DNA of 64,000 nt from Candidatus Nomurabacteria bacterium (GTDB lineage: Bacteria; Patescibacteriota; Minisyncoccia; Phycocordibacterales; UBA9973): the NCBI GenBank assembly GCA_029288725.1, contig JARIGS010000004.1, positions 15,132 to 79,131 on the forward strand, read 5' to 3'. The notes under the pieces were generated by a model, which was given only the letters and a program-made list of their open reading frames with translations, did no database searches and was not told the DNA's origin. Within the stretch, counting starts at the first letter, position 1, and each line of letters opens with the position of its first letter. Positions 60,975 through 64,000 of this stretch are shown piece after piece. The position numbers and the translations under genes are program-made.

Positions 60975-62978
60975 ATGGCTACACGGACCACACAAGTTGG
61001 CGGAACACTGTCGATGAGGGAACGTATCCTGAAGTGGGGGATTGTTGCCCTAGTTGCCATATTGCCGCTGCTCTACTTTCCTGGAAGAATCGCTTCCTAT
61101 GTTACCTCGAAGCAGTATTTTTTTATTGGTTCAGTTGAAATGCTGGTGGTGCTATGGCTTTGGCTCATGGTCAGTGACGTACGGTACCGCCTGACCAAAA
61201 GAAATTGGCTGTTTCTCATACCCGGCGGACTGTTTCTGCTTTCATTGACGATCAGTGCATGGATGGGCGTTGATCCTTCGACATCATTTTTTTCTACCGT
61301 TGAAAGCGGTACTGGTTTGATCCTGCTGTATCATATCTTTGCATTCACCTGCATGACGGCATCAGTCATCCGCGTCCAGCAGAAAAAGTTCATCACTACA
61401 GCAATGCAAGCAATACTCGCGGCATCAGTAGTGCTGGCTATTGCTACATTCTTTACGGGGGCCAATGGTCTGGTTACCTTGCATAGCGCCATGTTGAACG
61501 GTTCAAGTGGCGGAGCGATGATGGGGAATGTTTTGTTGGTAGGGGCGTACTTCATCTTCTCCTGTTTTTTTGCAATGATCCTATTCAGTCATGAGAAAAT
61601 GCCGCGCAAAAAAATCCTGTATCTCATCAGCTTGGCAGTACTGCTGTTTAGTCCGGTCTATTGGAATGCCACTATCTGGAAGGGGGCATCTTTTGCGGAA
61701 CTTGCAGCATCAAAATACTATGTGCTCGGTGAAGCACGCATTGCTGCTGTGGCACTTGTTATCGGTGCATTGTCTGCAGGATTGCTGTGGTGTGTTCTGC
61801 AAAGGAAAAAAAGGAGCCTGCGTACTGTTGGCTTCATTGGCATTGCAATCGGTCTTGCCGTAAGCTTGATAATGGCAATGGAACTTTTTATTCCAACTAC
61901 CGCTCTCCATCATTTTTTTGTTACCCAGGGTGGCAATAGAACGGTGGACTGGCAAGAGTCAGTGCGAGGCATACAGGAGCGGCCGATCTTTGGCTGGGGG
62001 CCGGAAAATTTCCGTGTGGTCTATCAGCGGTATCTTGATCCGGTCGTCTTCAGTCCTGGTCACGGTAATGAAGTCTGGTCAATGCACCCACACAACAACA
62101 CTCTTGAAGTGTTGATCAACGGTGGATTGATTGGTTTTGTTCTGTACCTCTTTATGCTGGCAAGTCTGGTAACGGGAATGATCCGACTGTATCGAAACGG
62201 TACGCTTGATAGAAAGACTACGGTGTTACTTGCGGGAATGCTGGTGGCATTTGTGCTTCAGCAACAAATGATCTATGACTCTATCGTCAGCTACGTCATG
62301 TTCTTCTTTGTTATTGCCATAGTGGCCGGGCTAGTGGACACTGATCGGCGAGCTCATCGAATCATTCCTGCCCGTTCTGTCGGCATACAGGCAATAGTAT
62401 GGGTCGTAACCATTGCCCTGATTCCCGTATGGTTCTACGCAGCCTACCTGCCGGCGCGCAAGATGGAGGAATTGCAATCTATTGCCACGGCTCATAGTGA
62501 TCAGCGTATCTCACAGTACCAACACCTCTTTCATTCAGCAGGGTCATATGCGATCAATACTGATGCGGAATTTTATACTGATCCACTCTTTTATTCATAC
62601 ACCGGAGAGCAAGAGATGTTAAAACATACCCCAACCTATCAAAAAGTGGCATCAGAAGAATTGGCAGCATTGCTGACGGCGGTTGATCCGGTGTGGCAAG
62701 GTATGCCTCACGATTACCATTTGTCACTTTCACTGCTGCAGATAGAGAATCTGCGGTATTACCTCACTGAAGACTCGATGCAACTACAGCATGCTGACCA
62801 GTATGCCAAGATCGCATTGGCATTGTCACCGACCGATCCGCAGATATACGTTGCCTATGCTCAGACGCTGCTCTACGAGAAAAATATTCCCGCAGCGAGA
62901 ATGATGGTCGACAAGGCATTGGCGCTCAGTCCGTATTATCAGCCGGCAATCAACCTTAAGAAAACATTACCGCTATGA
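60975..62978 (+). CDS. O-antigen ligase-family protein with C-terminal TPRs (paralog)
   Basis: ERPIFGWGPENF, HPHNNTLE.L..GG.IG; ALALSP..P. Confidence 0.88.
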   Translation: MATRTTQVGGTLSMRERILKWGIVALVAILPLLYFPGRIASYVTSKQYFFIGSVEMLVVLWLWLMVSDVRYRLTKRNWLFLIPGGLFLLSLTISAWMGVDPSTSFFSTVESGTGLILLYHIFAFTCMTASVIRVQQKKFITTAMQAILAASVVLAIATFFTGANGLVTLHSAMLNGSSGGAMMGNVLLVGAYFIFSCFFAMILFSHEKMPRKKILYLISLAVLLFSPVYWNATIWKGASFAELAASKYYVLGEARIAAVALVIGALSAGLLWCVLQRKKRSLRTVGFIGIAIGLAVSLIMAMELFIPTTALHHFFVTQGGNRTVDWQESVRGIQERPIFGWGPENFRVVYQRYLDPVVFSPGHGNEVWSMHPHNNTLEVLINGGLIGFVLYLFMLASLVTGMIRLYRNGTLDRKTTVLLAGMLVAFVLQQQMIYDSIVSYVMFFFVIAIVAGLVDTDRRAHRIIPARSVGIQAIVWVVTIALIPVWFYAAYLPARKMEELQSIATAHSDQRISQYQHLFHSAGSYAINTDAEFYTDPLFYSYTGEQEMLKHTPTYQKVASEELAALLTAVDPVWQGMPHDYHLSLSLLQIENLRYYLTEDSMQLQHADQYAKIALALSPTDPQIYVAYAQTLLYEKNIPAARMMVDKALALSPYYQPAINLKKTLPL

Positions 62979-63868
62979 TCATCACCAGACTTTCCGGCGG
63001 CATGGGCAATCAGATGTTTCAGTATGCGACTGGGCGGGCATTGGCGATCAAGTACAATGTGCCGTTGAAAGTCGATACGACCTTTCTTCTGCAACGGGTA
63101 TCGTTCCCGCATTTCTTGCGTCCGCATTTTGTCTTTCGCAACTATGACCTCGATGTTTTTATGATCGATGCTACCATTGCCACTCCTCGTGACATGCGCT
63201 GGTGGCAACGGCCGATACTGTCCGGCAAGCTTATGGTCGGCATTGATGCAATATTGAGAAAGTTTCCATTCCTCAGAGGATGGGAAAAAACATATACGTT
63301 TGACCCTGCAGTTGCATCACTCGGTCCTGATGCCTATCTTGCCGGCTTTTGGCAAAGCCCGAAATACTTTAACGATATTCGGGAAACGCTTTTGCGCGAT
63401 TTCCAGCTTGTGCAGCCAGTAGCTGCACCGACTGAGGCATTGAAACATGAGATAGCAGGTGCGCAATCAGTATGCGTGCATGTTCGTCGCGCTGATATTG
63501 CTGCCAAGGATTTTCATGGAGCGATTGGTACGGAATATTACGATACTGCTATTGCCACGCTCAGCCACAAAGTATCGATTGAGAAAATATACGTATTCTC
63601 AGACGACATTGAGTGGTGCAAGCAGCATATTAATTTCTCCTTTGAAACCATGTTTGTGGGACAGGAATATGCCGGTCAAAAAGGGGAGGAGCATATGGAG
63701 CTGATGCGTCACTGCCGGCATTTCATCATTCCCAACAGTACGTTTTCATGGTGGGCGGCCTGGTTGGCAACTGCTCCAGAGAAAATTGTCATTGCTCCAA
63801 AGCGATGGTTTAACAGTGATACAATAAGTAGTGCAGATCTCATTCCAGCGGAGTGGATACGCCTATAA
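62975..63868 (+). CDS. Alpha-1,2-fucosyltransferase (GT11)
   Basis: GGMGNQMFQYA, GFWQSPKYF, VHVRRAD, NSTFSWWAAWL. Confidence 0.93.
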   Translation: MIITRLSGGMGNQMFQYATGRALAIKYNVPLKVDTTFLLQRVSFPHFLRPHFVFRNYDLDVFMIDATIATPRDMRWWQRPILSGKLMVGIDAILRKFPFLRGWEKTYTFDPAVASLGPDAYLAGFWQSPKYFNDIRETLLRDFQLVQPVAAPTEALKHEIAGAQSVCVHVRRADIAAKDFHGAIGTEYYDTAIATLSHKVSIEKIYVFSDDIEWCKQHINFSFETMFVGQEYAGQKGEEHMELMRHCRHFIIPNSTFSWWAAWLATAPEKIVIAPKRWFNSDTISSADLIPAEWIRL

Positions 63869-63877
63869 CAATACCTT

Positions 63878-64000
63878 ATGAAAATTGCATTGATTGCCGG
63901 TGGACTGGATGACATTCCCTCAAAAAAATTTGGCGCGATAGAGATGATACTCTGGAACTACAAGCGCGACTTGGAGGCTCTGGGTCATGAAGTGGTTATT
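63878..64000 (+). CDS. Glycosyltransferase (GT4-like), N-terminus truncated by the window end
   Basis: MKIALIAGGLDDIPPKKFGAIEMILWNYKRDLEALGHEVVI. Confidence 0.8.
   Translation, partial: MKIALIAGGLDDIPSKKFGAIEMILWNYKRDLEALGHEVVI

Overview
Chromosomal segment of a small-genome bacterium using the standard genetic code. It is most consistent with Patescibacteria/CPR (Parcubacteria-like): rplK has no rplA after it, PheS/PheT are trimmed, IleRS carries a His-phosphatase insert, and there are giant Thr/Gly/Ser surface proteins. Most of the window is housekeeping: pheST, argS, ileS, glyS, metG, secE-nusG-rplK, rpsF-ssb-rpsR, efp, recA, ftsK, recO, thyA, ndk and msrAB, plus envelope and glycosylation genes. 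No tRNA, rRNA, CRISPR array or intact transposase was seen. Signals not explained by the ORF track: (1) a ~30-bp palindromic repeat inserted in frame into msrB, pheT, an FKBP gene, ileS, tatD, recA and ftsK, and twice into a riboswitch, plus a second in-frame family; (2) an ileS T-box riboswitch with an ultra-short stem I coupled to an intrinsic terminator; (3) a compact 6S-like RNA; (4) a ThiF/E1 + acyltransferase-fold gene pair flanked by a two-component system, a candidate signal synthesis and sensing module; (5) a helical-bundle/wHTH gene whose DNA is enriched in a TGTCC/GGACA motif, lying upstream of an S-layer-like gene; (6) widespread leaderless promoter architecture; (7) a 2506-aa tail-fibre-like adhesin with nucleotide-identical blocks flanking divergent LamG cassettes; (8) a dTMP module with a nonsense-interrupted dcd and a degenerate DHFR. 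All calls come from motif recognition by eye; no database searches were run.
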